Shown here: one piece after another, positions 33,359 through 47,224 of the stretch
Layout of the letters: each line of letters begins with the position of its first letter
How positions within the stretch are numbered: position 1 is the first letter of the stretch
Origin: an uncultured Acidobacteriaceae bacterium
GTDB taxonomy: Bacteria > Acidobacteriota > Terriglobia > Terriglobales > Acidobacteriaceae
Assembly: GCA_963780975.1 (NCBI GenBank)
Contig: CAWAEU010000066.1
Span: 7,775 to 71,774 of the forward strand
Direction: 5' to 3'
Length of the DNA: 64,000 nt
The notes under the pieces: generated by a model
What the model was told of the DNA's origin: nothing
What the model saw: the letters and a program-made list of their open reading frames with translations, nothing else
Database searches by the model: none
Translations under genes and position numbers: made by a program

Positions 33359-33724
33359 ATGAACGTAGATCGTTCCGAAATCAATTCCCGTCGTTTGCTC
33401 CGCGCAGGGATGAGGCTGTTGCAGGCAGCCGCGCTGATGCTCGTAGTGGCTATGGCAATGCCCGCCAAGGCGGCAGACAGTCGCGCGGTCAAGACGCGTG
33501 TATCGCCTGTTTACCCTGAAATTGCCAAGCGCATGAAGATTGACGGCTGGGTCAAGGTCGAAGTCACAGTCGAAGCCGACGGCAAGGTCAGCGAAGTTAA
33601 AACGCTCAGCGGCAATCGCGTGCTGTCGGTAGCCGCGGAAGACGCGGTGCGCAGATGGAGATTCGAGCCCGGGCCCGGCCAGACCACGGTTGAATTATCA
33701 ATCAACTTCAGTCTCGAACAGTAG
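33359..33724 (+). CDS. Small TonB C-terminal-domain protein
   Basis: PVYPEIAKRMKIDG.V.V.V.V..DG.V; AVRRWRFEP. Confidence 0.85.
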   Translation: MNVDRSEINSRRLLRAGMRLLQAAALMLVVAMAMPAKAADSRAVKTRVSPVYPEIAKRMKIDGWVKVEVTVEADGKVSEVKTLSGNRVLSVAAEDAVRRWRFEPGPGQTTVELSINFSLEQ

Positions 33725-33851
33725 CGGCTACGGCCGCTGACGCAGAGAGGTTGCTAGCGTGGTACCCCTCTCGAATTGAGCAATTCACCGCTCATAGCTA
33801 AACAGGTTAGACTGAATGGTGCTGCACGCTATTTAACGCAGCAGGAGTGCG

Positions 33852-35156
33852 ATGCGGGCCATTCACCAGAATAATGGCGCCCCCGGCGCCGGCGACCTGT
33901 CGATTGCTCTGATCGGCCCGGACGAACGGCGTCGCAATGCTGTAGCCAGCGCTATGGACGAATACCAGGGCAGCGTTAAGCGAGATCCCAAAGGTCTGGG
34001 GCGGGGGCAAGGGGCGGGGGCGCGTGCCGGCGAGCCGTCGTTGCCCGCCGGAGACTCCGGACATGGTCCTGCAGTTGGCGTGGCGATCTCGGAGTTTCCC
34101 GCCTACCCCGACGGCATCGACGATCTGCCACGGATGCTGCAGCAGCATTACGACGTGATCATCGTTGACCTGGACAGTAATCCGGACTACGCCCTGGAAA
34201 TCGTAGAGGGAATTTGCTCTTTCAGCTCGGCGGCCGTGATGGTCTATTCCGAGCAGGCCGATCTGCATCTGGCGGTCCGCTTTATGCGCGCCGGCGCACG
34301 CGAGTTCCTCACTCTTCCCCTGTCTTACGACGATGTTGCCGGTGCTCTGGCCCGGGTCTCCATCCGCCACACGGCCACTCGCAGCGACAAGAAAACAACC
34401 GGCAGCTTATTTGTGTTCCTCGGCGCAAAAGGCGGCTGCGGAGTTACCACCATCGCTTCAAATTTTGCTCTGTCGATAGCCCAGGAGTCAGGCCAGAGCA
34501 CACTGCTGATCGACTTCGGCCTACCGCTTGGAGACGCGGCCGTCAACTTGGGAATGGCTACGGAATACTCAACGGCGAACGCGCTTCAGGATTTCAACCG
34601 GCTCGATGCTAACTTCCTTGCCGGGCTGCTGGCCAAGCACAGCTCAGGGTTAGACGTACTTTCAGCTCCGAGTGAATTCATCCAGGTGCAGACCACCAAG
34701 GAAGCCGTAGACAAACTGCTTCTGGTTGCTCGCCAGAACTTTGATTACGTCGTTGTCGATTTCGGATCGAGGCTCGACCTGAAGGATTCAGCGCTCTTTT
34801 CCGATTCCGCCAACATCTATCTCATCACACAGGTTGGCGTCTCAGAATTGCGGAATGCAAATCGCCTCATCACGCATTTCTTTGTCAACCGCGGACGCGA
34901 TCTCCAGATCGTGCTCAACCGGTATATTCCACACTCCCTGGGTCTTGACGACAAGCACATCGCCAAAGCGCTCACCAGGCCGGCACAGTGGACGATTCCC
35001 GACGATTATGCCACTGCACGCAGGACCAGGAACACGGCCAATCCCATCGTGCTTGAAGACTCGCCCATCTCAAGAGCGATAACAAAAATGGCCCGGACAG
35101 CCTGCGGTCTGCCCGAGAGCGCACCGAAGAAAAAGCGCTTTAAAATATTCGCTTGA
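33852..35156 (+). CDS. CpaE/TadZ-like pilus assembly protein (receiver-like domain + MinD-like ATPase)
   Basis: MRAGAREFL; deviant Walker A GAKGGCGVTT; FDYVVVD; IVLNR. Confidence 0.85.
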   Translation: MRAIHQNNGAPGAGDLSIALIGPDERRRNAVASAMDEYQGSVKRDPKGLGRGQGAGARAGEPSLPAGDSGHGPAVGVAISEFPAYPDGIDDLPRMLQQHYDVIIVDLDSNPDYALEIVEGICSFSSAAVMVYSEQADLHLAVRFMRAGAREFLTLPLSYDDVAGALARVSIRHTATRSDKKTTGSLFVFLGAKGGCGVTTIASNFALSIAQESGQSTLLIDFGLPLGDAAVNLGMATEYSTANALQDFNRLDANFLAGLLAKHSSGLDVLSAPSEFIQVQTTKEAVDKLLLVARQNFDYVVVDFGSRLDLKDSALFSDSANIYLITQVGVSELRNANRLITHFFVNRGRDLQIVLNRYIPHSLGLDDKHIAKALTRPAQWTIPDDYATARRTRNTANPIVLEDSPISRAITKMARTACGLPESAPKKKRFKIFA

Positions 35157-35180
35157 GGGCTACGGCTCTTTCACTATCCC

Positions 35181-38203
<3,023 letters not shown>

Positions 38204-38439
38204 CTACAGTGTAAATGGTTGAAGCCACATGCGATTCACCGCTCCAACCCTGCATTGGCTTCGTAACTGGGATAGAAAGCCAAATAGGACCTGGGTCGGC
38301 TTCGCCATCCTCCGCTACAATTCAGTGGGAGCGCACTCTTTCGCCAATATTCCTCCGCGGTGGAGTTAAAGTCTGCCTGAGCGAAGCCGGCCGGGGATGG
38401 GGCGCCCAGTAGCCTTTTATTGATTAGAGGTCGGCTATC

Positions 38440-40578
38440 GTGCCCAGGAAGTCGCGACATCGCAAATCTGAGGCCAGGCGCTCATCCGAGGCACTGGCCG
38501 TTCCTGATGCTCTCGCTGCCCATAAGCCCTGGCAAATTGCCGCCGTATGCATTTTTCTTGCGGCGGTTACCTTCATCGCCTATCAGAGTGTGCGCAACAA
38601 CGATTTTCTCAGATACGACGATGACTTTTATGTGCTTTTAAACCGGCATGTGCAGCAGGGCTTGAATCTGCACAGTATCGGGTGGGCATTCACAACCTTC
38701 GATCAGGGAAACTGGCACCCGCTGACCTGGATATCGCATATGGTGGACTGGGATTTGTATGGCAAAAGCCCGGTCGGCCACCATATGACCAACGTGTTCT
38801 GGCACGCCGCCAATGCGGTTTTGCTTTTCCTTTTGATTTTGTATATGACCGGCTACCTGGGGCGCGCAGCAATGGTTGCGTTTCTGTTCGCACTGCACCC
38901 CGCGCATGTCGAATCCGTAGCCTGGATTGCCGAACGCAAGGACCTTTTGTGCGGGTTTTTCTGGCTGGCTACGACGCTTGCTTATGTTTGGTATCTTCGC
39001 AGCCCGTCGAGAAAACGATACATATGGGTTATCTGCTGCTACGCCGGCGCTCTCTTATCGAAGCCGATGGCCGTCACGCTGCCATTCACCCTGCTGCTGC
39101 TCGATTATTGGCCGTTGCGCCGACTCACATTTACCGCGGAGACGGGCGCGAAGCGGCTCTCTTCGCTGCTGAAGTTGTGCGTAGAAAAGTGGCCGCTCTT
39201 CATCATGGCGGCTGGTTCCTGCGTCATTACCTTTATTGCACAGAGGGCCGGCGGCGCGGTTGATTCGCTTCAAGAGCTGGCTTTATGGGAGAGACTCTGC
39301 AATGTGGCGATCAGCTACTGGCGCTATGTGGAAATCATCTTCTGGCCCAATCCGCTCGCGGCTTATTATTTCTACGATTATCGGCACCTCAGTATTCTGG
39401 CGACAATTTTATCGGCCAGTGCGCTGATTTTGGTAAGCGCGGCCTGCTGGCATTTCAGGAAGCAACGGCCCTATTGCCTTATTGGCTGGCTATGGTTTTT
39501 AGGAACATTGATACCAGTGATTGGCTTTGTGCAGGTTGGCGGTCAGGCCATGGCAGAACGTTACACCTATATTCCCTCTATCGGATTATTCATCACTGTA
39601 GTATGGCTGGTTGGCGATGCGGCGGTAAAATTTCCACGGGTCAAGCTAGTAGCACAACTGCTTGCGGTAGTGGTGATTGCAGCTTGCGCGGTTAAAACCG
39701 CGGCGCAGGTAAAACTGTGGAAGGATACGGTAACACTTTTCAATCACGTGCTTGAGGTTGACCCTCGCGGAGAATTTGCAAACTCCATGCTGGCCGGCGA
39801 GTACATGAGGCTGGGAAGGCTTGTCGAGGCTGAAAAGTATTATGAACTGTCACTGGTATATGACCCTGATTGGGAAATGACGCTTACCAATTCCGCATTT
39901 TGCCTGATGCGTATAGAGATGCAAACCCACGATAAACACTATCTGCAGTTAGCCAAACAACGGCTCGACAAAGTATTGAGCATGGATGCGAACGACCCCG
40001 GTGCTTTGACCAACCTGGCGCTATGGTCCGCTTTGATGGGCCAGCCAAAGGATGAGGAAACATATTGCAGAAGATTGATCGCCGCCAATCCCAGCAATGT
40101 TGCGGCGCGGCTCTATCTTGGCGATGCACTGCAGGCGCAAAATAAACTTGATGAGTCGGGGCAACAATACCGCTCGGTGCTCAGCGTTGTGCCGGATAGT
40201 TATGATGCACATAACGATTTGGGCACGGTATTAAACAAGCAAGGATTGGAGCGGGATGCGATTAAGGAATTCAGGATTTCATTGAGCATCAATCCCAATC
40301 AGTCAGCCCCGCATACTAAAATCGGCAGGATCATGGTGCAGACAAATCAGATCTCTCAAGCGGTCGAGGAGTTTATACAAGCCGCGAGGATCAGCCCTGG
40401 AGATGCAAATGCGCATAACGACCTCGCCGTAACTCTGCTTCAGTTGGGAGAATATGAAAGGGCGGCCGAGCAGTTCAGAGCCGTGCTCCAGATTGACCCG
40501 ACTTTCGCCGATGCAACTGGAAATCTGGAATTTGCTGAAGCGCATAGGCAAAATAAAATGGTAGAGAACAGAAGATAA
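38440..40578 (+). CDS. TMTC-like GT-C glycosyltransferase with TPRs, copy 1
   Basis: YDDD loop, NWHPLTWISH, LHPAHVESVAWIAERKD, AERYTY, C-terminal TPRs. Confidence 0.85.
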   Translation: MPRKSRHRKSEARRSSEALAVPDALAAHKPWQIAAVCIFLAAVTFIAYQSVRNNDFLRYDDDFYVLLNRHVQQGLNLHSIGWAFTTFDQGNWHPLTWISHMVDWDLYGKSPVGHHMTNVFWHAANAVLLFLLILYMTGYLGRAAMVAFLFALHPAHVESVAWIAERKDLLCGFFWLATTLAYVWYLRSPSRKRYIWVICCYAGALLSKPMAVTLPFTLLLLDYWPLRRLTFTAETGAKRLSSLLKLCVEKWPLFIMAAGSCVITFIAQRAGGAVDSLQELALWERLCNVAISYWRYVEIIFWPNPLAAYYFYDYRHLSILATILSASALILVSAACWHFRKQRPYCLIGWLWFLGTLIPVIGFVQVGGQAMAERYTYIPSIGLFITVVWLVGDAAVKFPRVKLVAQLLAVVVIAACAVKTAAQVKLWKDTVTLFNHVLEVDPRGEFANSMLAGEYMRLGRLVEAEKYYELSLVYDPDWEMTLTNSAFCLMRIEMQTHDKHYLQLAKQRLDKVLSMDANDPGALTNLALWSALMGQPKDEETYCRRLIAANPSNVAARLYLGDALQAQNKLDESGQQYRSVLSVVPDSYDAHNDLGTVLNKQGLERDAIKEFRISLSINPNQSAPHTKIGRIMVQTNQISQAVEEFIQAARISPGDANAHNDLAVTLLQLGEYERAAEQFRAVLQIDPTFADATGNLEFAEAHRQNKMVENRR

Positions 40579-40580
40579 CT

Positions 40581-42713
40581 ATGGCCAGAAAATCACGGCA
40601 GCGCAATACAGCTATTAAGCGCCCACCCCAGGCGTTGGCCGCGACGTCAGTTCATGTTGCCACCCCGACCTATAAAGCGTGGCAAATTGCCGCTGTCTGC
40701 GTTGTGCTTGCGTTGATTACTGTCATTGCATATCGGGGAGTAACAAACAACAGTTTTCTGTTCTACGACGATGACCTTTACGTGCTTGAAAACCAGCATG
40801 TGCAGCAGGGGGTAACCTTGCAAAGCGTCGAATGGGCGCTGACAGGTTTCTATGCCGCTAACTGGCATCCTTTGGCTTGGATTTCGCACATGATCGACTG
40901 GAAGCTATATGGAATTAGCCCAGTTGGTCCGCATGTAACTAATGTTTGTTTGCATGCTGTTAATTCAATCCTGCTTTTTCTTTTGCTTTTGTACATGACC
41001 GGTTATTTAGGTCGTTCGGCAATCGTCGCATTTTTGTTTGCGCTTCACCCAGCGCACGTTGAATCCGTCGCCTGGATTGCAGAACGCAAGGATCTTCTCT
41101 GCACTTTATTCTGGTTCTTAACGTTGCTTGCCTACGCGTGGTACGTCCGCAGAACATCATGGAAGCGGTTTGCACTAATCATATGCGGATATGCTCTCGC
41201 TCTCTTGTCAAAGCCGATGGCCGTAACGCTCCCTTTCACTTTACTGCTGCTTGATTATTGGCCGTTGCGCAGAATACCGTTCGTTCAGGATAAGCGCGGA
41301 CAGTGGTTCCCTTCCCTATGGAAGTTGTGCCTGGAAAAATGGCCGCTATTTCTTATGGCAGCACTCTCGAGCATCATCACTTACTTTGCGCAGAGGGCCG
41401 GCGGTGCGGTTGTGGAACTTAAAGACTTGTCCATATGGGGGAGAATTTGCAACGCAGCTATAAGTTACTTGAGTTATATAAGGATCATGGTTTGGCCGGA
41501 TAAGCTTAAGGCATTTTATTATTACGATTACAGTCATATTGACGTTTCCGCGGCGATGTTATCGGTTCTCGCGCTTGCTTTGATAACTGGCGTTTGCTGG
41601 AGTATACGGAAAGATAAGCCTTATTGCCTCATCGGCTGGCTATGGTTCCTGGGGACATTGGTACCGGTTATCGGAATTGTTCAGGTTGGCGAAACAGCTC
41701 TTGCAGAGCGCTACACCTATATCTCCCTGATTGGCTTATTCATTGCCATTGTCTGGCTCATCGGTGATGCAGTCGCCAAGGCGCCGAATATCAGGATTGC
41801 AGCTATCGCGCTCGCGGTTGTGGCGATAGCAGCATGCGCCGTAAAGACGAACGCACAAGTGAAAGTGTGGAAAGACACAACTTCGCTTTTCACCAATGTT
41901 CTGGATATCGATGCCCGCGGAGAGTTCCCTAATTCACTTCTGGGTGAGTCGTATCTGAGGCAGGGGAAACTTGCGACGGCGGAAGAATATTTTAATCGCT
42001 CGTTATATTACAGTCCCAACTGGACTGTTACTCTTGCTTTTTCTGCAGACGCCCTGATGCGCACGCATGATCCCCACAATCTTCAGCTTGCAAAACAGCG
42101 TCTGGATGAGGCAATTCGCCTGGCTCCGAACGATCCCGATGTTTTATTTGACATGGCGGAATGGTCAAATCTAATGGGCAGACCGCAGGACGGGGAGATG
42201 TATAGCAGAAAGGTGCTCGCAACCAATCCGGGCTTTTTGCGCGGGCGGCTTTATCTTGCCGATGCGCTCCAGGCACAAGGAAAGCTTGACGAGGCTGAAC
42301 AGCAATATCGCGACCTGATTGCCATTGTTCCTGATAACTATAGTGCGCATGCCAGCTATGCCAATGTTCTAGACGGAAAGGGGTTGAAGCAGGAAGCTCT
42401 CAAGGAATTCCGGGCTGCCTTGGCCATTAACCCCGATCAGGCGGCTGCACATTCTAAGATAGGCAGGATACTTACTCAGATGCACCAGCTTCCTGAAGCG
42501 GTAGCTGAGCTGACAATGGCGCTGCAAATTGATCCTACAGATGCAGCTGCGCATAATGATCTAGGTGTAGCCTTCTTTGAATTGAGAGATTATGGAAAGG
42601 CGGCTGAGCAGTTCGGCGACGCGGCGAAGATCAATCCGTCGTATGAAGACGCAAAACGTAACTTTGCCCTTGCTCAGGCCCACATTGCTGCTAATGGTCA
42701 TAAAAAAGGCTGA
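40581..42713 (+). CDS. TMTC-like GT-C glycosyltransferase with TPRs, copy 2
   Basis: Same motifs as copy 1. Confidence 0.85.
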   Translation: MARKSRQRNTAIKRPPQALAATSVHVATPTYKAWQIAAVCVVLALITVIAYRGVTNNSFLFYDDDLYVLENQHVQQGVTLQSVEWALTGFYAANWHPLAWISHMIDWKLYGISPVGPHVTNVCLHAVNSILLFLLLLYMTGYLGRSAIVAFLFALHPAHVESVAWIAERKDLLCTLFWFLTLLAYAWYVRRTSWKRFALIICGYALALLSKPMAVTLPFTLLLLDYWPLRRIPFVQDKRGQWFPSLWKLCLEKWPLFLMAALSSIITYFAQRAGGAVVELKDLSIWGRICNAAISYLSYIRIMVWPDKLKAFYYYDYSHIDVSAAMLSVLALALITGVCWSIRKDKPYCLIGWLWFLGTLVPVIGIVQVGETALAERYTYISLIGLFIAIVWLIGDAVAKAPNIRIAAIALAVVAIAACAVKTNAQVKVWKDTTSLFTNVLDIDARGEFPNSLLGESYLRQGKLATAEEYFNRSLYYSPNWTVTLAFSADALMRTHDPHNLQLAKQRLDEAIRLAPNDPDVLFDMAEWSNLMGRPQDGEMYSRKVLATNPGFLRGRLYLADALQAQGKLDEAEQQYRDLIAIVPDNYSAHASYANVLDGKGLKQEALKEFRAALAINPDQAAAHSKIGRILTQMHQLPEAVAELTMALQIDPTDAAAHNDLGVAFFELRDYGKAAEQFGDAAKINPSYEDAKRNFALAQAHIAANGHKKG

Positions 42714-42753
42714 AATATCGAACGATTATTGAATTGATTGGAGGTTGTAGGGC

Positions 42754-44877
42754 ATGGCCAGAAAATCGCGGCAGCGCAAATTCCCCGGCAAGCGTCCTGT
42801 AGAGGCGCGGGCTGAAAGGATTTCTGTCGTTGATTCCGCGATTAAAAAACCATGGCAAATTGCAGCTACATGCATCGTACTTGCTGCGGTCACACTGTTT
42901 GCATATCGAGGCGTGCGCAACAACGATTTTGTTTCACTAGACGATAACGACTACGTAACTCAAAACCATCAAGTGCAGCATGGGGTTACTTTGCAAAGCA
43001 TCGAATGGGCATTTACAACCTTTCATGCTTCAAACTGGCATCCGCTTACATGGATCTCCCACATGGTTGACTGGAGCATCTACGGCAATTATCCCGGCGG
43101 TCATCATATGACCAATGCTTATCTGCATGCCGCCAATTCAGTTTTGTTATTTTTACTGCTTTTATATATGACCGGTTATGCTTGGCGCTCCGCAGTCGTA
43201 GCGCTTCTGTTTGCGCTGCACCCCGCACATGTTGAATCGGTGGCCTGGATTGCCGAACGCAAAGACGTATTGTGCTCGTTCTTTTGGTTCGCGACTTTGC
43301 TCGCATATGCATGGTATGCACGCAGGCCTTCGTGGAAGCGGTACGCATGGGTCATCTTTGCTTGCGCATGCGCACTTATGTCGAAGCCTATGGCCGTCAC
43401 TCTCCCCTTCACCATGCTGCTGCTTGATTTTTGGCCCTTGCGAAGAATCTCGTTTGCTACAGAAGAGGGCGAGCACTGGCTTGCATCTTTTTTGAAGTTG
43501 TGCATTGAGAAATGGCCGCTGTTTTTATTGGCAATTCTTTCCAGCATCGTCACCTTTATTGCGCAGCGCGCCGGTGGCGCAGTGTTATCGCTTCAGGCCC
43601 TGCCCTTGTGGATGAGAGTTTGCAATGTAGCCATTAGCTACGCGCGCTACCTGCGGATCATGTTCTGGCCTGATCCGCTTATTCCCTATTATTACTACGA
43701 TGCAACCAGGATAACGGTCTCTGCGACGGTGTTGTCAGTCATATTATTGATTGCAATTACCGCCATTTGCTGGCGCATTCGCAAAAATAAGCCTTATTGC
43801 CTTACCGGCTGGTTATGGTTTCTGGGAACGCTTATTCCGGTGATAGGCATTGTTCAGGTTGGCGAACAGGCCATTGCCGAACGCTACACCTATATTTCTT
43901 CTATAGGACTTTTTATTGCTCTTGTTTGGTTAATTGGCGATGCGGTAGCTAACTCGCCAAAGATCAGGCTTATATCTCAAGTATTGGTTGCCGCGCTCCT
44001 CGTTGTATATGCGGTAAGGGTAAATGTGCAGGTAAAGTTTTGGTATAACTATTTTACGCTTTTCAGCCACTTGAATGACATTGATCCGCGCGGTGAACTA
44101 CCTAATTTAAATCTGGGTATTTTGTGCGCTACCGAGGGAAGGCTGGCCGAGGCACAGGAGTATTTTGAACGTGCGCTGAGCTATAACCCCAATGGGCGCT
44201 ATAGCCTTTCTAATTCTGCCGCATACCTGATACAAACCCACGATCCGCGCAATCTGCCGCTTGCCGGGCAGCGCCTTGAACATGCATTGCAAATTGCTCC
44301 CGACGACCCCGACATTCTTGACAACATGGCCGCATGGTCCGCTTTGATGGGCAGGCCAATGGATGAGGAGACATATAGCAGAAAGGCGATTGCTGTTGAT
44401 CCTGATTTAATTACTGCTCGGCTTTACCTGGCCAATGCTCTACAAGAGCAGAATAAAGTTGACGAGGCAATCAAGGAATGGCGCCAGGTAATCGCCATCA
44501 ATCCGAATTACTATATTGCGCATTTTCGATTAGGAGTTATTTATGACGACCAGGGATTAAGTGAGGAAGCGCTGAAGGAGTACCGGCTTTCGCTAGCCAT
44601 CAATCCCAATCAGGCCAGCGTCTATTCAAAGATCGGAAAGATACTATTTCAGACGCATCATCTGCCTGAAGCTGTCGAAGCGTTTACCCAGGCACTGCAG
44701 CATGGTGCTGATAATGCCGATGCGAATAATGATCTGGGTGCGGCCCTGTTTCAATCGGGAGAATATGAAAATGCTGTCGAGCAGTTTGGTGACGCGATAA
44801 GGATTGATCCTGCCAATGCCGATGCAAAGCGAAATCTCGCTCTTGCTCAAGCAAGGATAAAAAGTGGAAAGAGATGA
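42754..44877 (+). CDS. TMTC-like GT-C glycosyltransferase with TPRs, copy 3
   Basis: Same motifs (LDDNDY loop). Confidence 0.85.
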   Translation: MARKSRQRKFPGKRPVEARAERISVVDSAIKKPWQIAATCIVLAAVTLFAYRGVRNNDFVSLDDNDYVTQNHQVQHGVTLQSIEWAFTTFHASNWHPLTWISHMVDWSIYGNYPGGHHMTNAYLHAANSVLLFLLLLYMTGYAWRSAVVALLFALHPAHVESVAWIAERKDVLCSFFWFATLLAYAWYARRPSWKRYAWVIFACACALMSKPMAVTLPFTMLLLDFWPLRRISFATEEGEHWLASFLKLCIEKWPLFLLAILSSIVTFIAQRAGGAVLSLQALPLWMRVCNVAISYARYLRIMFWPDPLIPYYYYDATRITVSATVLSVILLIAITAICWRIRKNKPYCLTGWLWFLGTLIPVIGIVQVGEQAIAERYTYISSIGLFIALVWLIGDAVANSPKIRLISQVLVAALLVVYAVRVNVQVKFWYNYFTLFSHLNDIDPRGELPNLNLGILCATEGRLAEAQEYFERALSYNPNGRYSLSNSAAYLIQTHDPRNLPLAGQRLEHALQIAPDDPDILDNMAAWSALMGRPMDEETYSRKAIAVDPDLITARLYLANALQEQNKVDEAIKEWRQVIAINPNYYIAHFRLGVIYDDQGLSEEALKEYRLSLAINPNQASVYSKIGKILFQTHHLPEAVEAFTQALQHGADNADANNDLGAALFQSGEYENAVEQFGDAIRIDPANADAKRNLALAQARIKSGKR

Positions 44878-44968
44878 ATGGGATTGTATGTTTCGCCCAT
44901 ATATATGTAGCGCTGGTTGCGCAGATATAGTACTCGGCAGTAATTGCAATGGTCTGAGGTTATAAAAC

Positions 44969-47119
44969 ATGGCAAGAGAATCACGGCAGCGTAAACCCCA
45001 GGTCAAGCACGCGCCTGAAGCGCGGACCAGAATGACTGCTTCCCTGGTTACTTCAAAAAATAAGCCGTGGCAAATTGGCGTCGTATGTATTGTTCTTGTA
45101 TTAGTCACGGTATTTTCATTTAGTGGTGTACGGCTGAATGATTTCGTCACCCTGGACGATTACACCTATGTGCTGCAAAACCGGCATGTGCAGCAGGGGT
45201 TGAACATGCAGAGCATCGCATGGGCGTTTACGTCCTTCGATGCAGGCAATTGGCATCCGCTGACATGGATTTCGCATATGGTCGACTGGAAGATCTATGG
45301 CAATAATCCCGCCGGCCACCATATCACCAACTTGTGTTTGCATGCCGCCAATGCTGTTTTGCTGTTTCTGCTGCTTTTGTATATGACTGGTTATCTGGGC
45401 CGTGCCGCTATGGTTGCGTTTCTGTTTGCACTGCATCCAGCGCATGTGGAATCGGTTGCCTGGATCGCTGAGCGGAAGGATGTGTTGTGCGCGTTTTTCT
45501 TCCTTTGCACGTTGCTTGCTTATGCGTGGCATCTACGCAATCCATCATGGAAGCGGTTTGCGTTGGTAGTTTTCGGCTTTGCCTGCGCGCTGCTGTCGAA
45601 GCCGATGGCGGTTACGCTTCCGTTTACTTTGCTGCTGCTCGATTATTGGCCGTTACGCAGAATCACCTTTGCCGAGGAAACACGCGCGCAGTGGTTCATT
45701 TCCCTTTTCAAATTGTGCCGAGAAAAGTGGCTGCTTTTTATCATGGCGGCTGTTTCGAGCGTAATTACTGTTCTTGCGCAAAAGTCCAGCGGCGCGGTGG
45801 GCTCGCTTGAAGTTTTTTCCATGGGCGAGAGAATCTGCAACGCGGCCATCAGTTACTGGCGCTATGTGTGGATGATGATTTGGCCCGATCAACTTAGGGC
45901 GTATTACTTTCATGAGTCGAATAACACAATGCTTGCCGCGGCGGTGTTATCGGCTGTTGCGATCATTCTTGTAACCGCAATTAGCTGGCGGCTCAGGAAA
46001 GAGCGGCCTTATTGCCTATTCGGCTGGCTGTGGTTTTTGGTTACACTCGTTCCCGTAATCGGCATCGTACAGGTAGGTGTTCAGGCGATGGCCGAACGTT
46101 ATACCTATATTCCATTTATCGGCCTTTTCATTGCCGTGGTCTGGCTGGTTGGCGATGCAGTTGCCAACTCACCGAAAATCAGAATAGCAACTCAAGTGCT
46201 TGCAGTGGCTCTCATTATTGTGTGCGCTATAAAGACCGATGCGCAAGTGAAGATATGGAAAGATTCGGCTACGCTTTTTAGACATGTGTTGGAGATTGAT
46301 CCGCGCGGAGCTTTTCCTAACTACAGCCTGGGCGTGGTGTATGAGAACCAAGGAAAAAGCACCGAAGCGCAGGAATATTTTGAGCGCGCGCTGGTCTACG
46401 ATCCCAACGGGCCGCAGAGCCTTTCATATTCCGCCTATTACATGATGCAGACAGCGATGCGGACGCATGACCGGAGCAAGCTGCCGCTGGCGGGGCAGCG
46501 CCTGGAACATGCACTGCAAATTGCCCCCAATAATCCTGAAATTCTTACCGCCATGGCACTGTGGTCTGATTTGATGGGAAGGCCACAGGATGAGGAAGCG
46601 TATAGCAGAAAGGCGATCGCCGCGAACCCTGATTTTATTTCGGCGCGGCTTTATCTCGCCGATGCTCTGCGCGGGCAAGATAAGCTTGACGAGGCTGTGC
46701 AGGTTTACCGCCAGGCGCTTGCGCTTGATCCGGATAACATCGATGCTCATAACAATTTAGGCATGATTTATACTGGCCAGGGATTGACTGATGATGCGCT
46801 GAAGGAGTTCCGGCTTTCTTTGGCTATCAAACCTAATCAGGCATTGCCGCACTCTAAAATCGGCAGGATACTTGCGGAGAAGCATCAGTTTCCCGAAGCG
46901 GTAAACGAATTTACCCAGGCGTTGCGGCTCGACCAGGCAAACCCTCATGCGCATAACGACCTCGGCGTAGCCTTGATTCAAATGGGGGATTATGAAAAGG
47001 CTGCCGAGCAGTTCAGCGCGGCGGTACGGATTGATCCGTCCTATGCCAATGCAAGGCAAAATCTCGCTTTTGCTCTATCGCGGATGAAAAACGGGGATGC
47101 TGAGAGCTTGAGAAAATAA
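44969..47119 (+). CDS. TMTC-like GT-C glycosyltransferase with TPRs, copy 4
   Basis: Same motifs (LDDYTY loop). Confidence 0.85.
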   Translation: MARESRQRKPQVKHAPEARTRMTASLVTSKNKPWQIGVVCIVLVLVTVFSFSGVRLNDFVTLDDYTYVLQNRHVQQGLNMQSIAWAFTSFDAGNWHPLTWISHMVDWKIYGNNPAGHHITNLCLHAANAVLLFLLLLYMTGYLGRAAMVAFLFALHPAHVESVAWIAERKDVLCAFFFLCTLLAYAWHLRNPSWKRFALVVFGFACALLSKPMAVTLPFTLLLLDYWPLRRITFAEETRAQWFISLFKLCREKWLLFIMAAVSSVITVLAQKSSGAVGSLEVFSMGERICNAAISYWRYVWMMIWPDQLRAYYFHESNNTMLAAAVLSAVAIILVTAISWRLRKERPYCLFGWLWFLVTLVPVIGIVQVGVQAMAERYTYIPFIGLFIAVVWLVGDAVANSPKIRIATQVLAVALIIVCAIKTDAQVKIWKDSATLFRHVLEIDPRGAFPNYSLGVVYENQGKSTEAQEYFERALVYDPNGPQSLSYSAYYMMQTAMRTHDRSKLPLAGQRLEHALQIAPNNPEILTAMALWSDLMGRPQDEEAYSRKAIAANPDFISARLYLADALRGQDKLDEAVQVYRQALALDPDNIDAHNNLGMIYTGQGLTDDALKEFRLSLAIKPNQALPHSKIGRILAEKHQFPEAVNEFTQALRLDQANPHAHNDLGVALIQMGDYEKAAEQFSAAVRIDPSYANARQNLAFALSRMKNGDAESLRK

Positions 47120-47224
47120 ACGCTGCAGGACTGGAGGCCAACACCTGATGGTTACTAATCAGGTGCTATGTGCAGATAATTGAAACTGTAATTTCGCTCC
47201 CTGTCTTGCAATCTTGTTGCGTAA

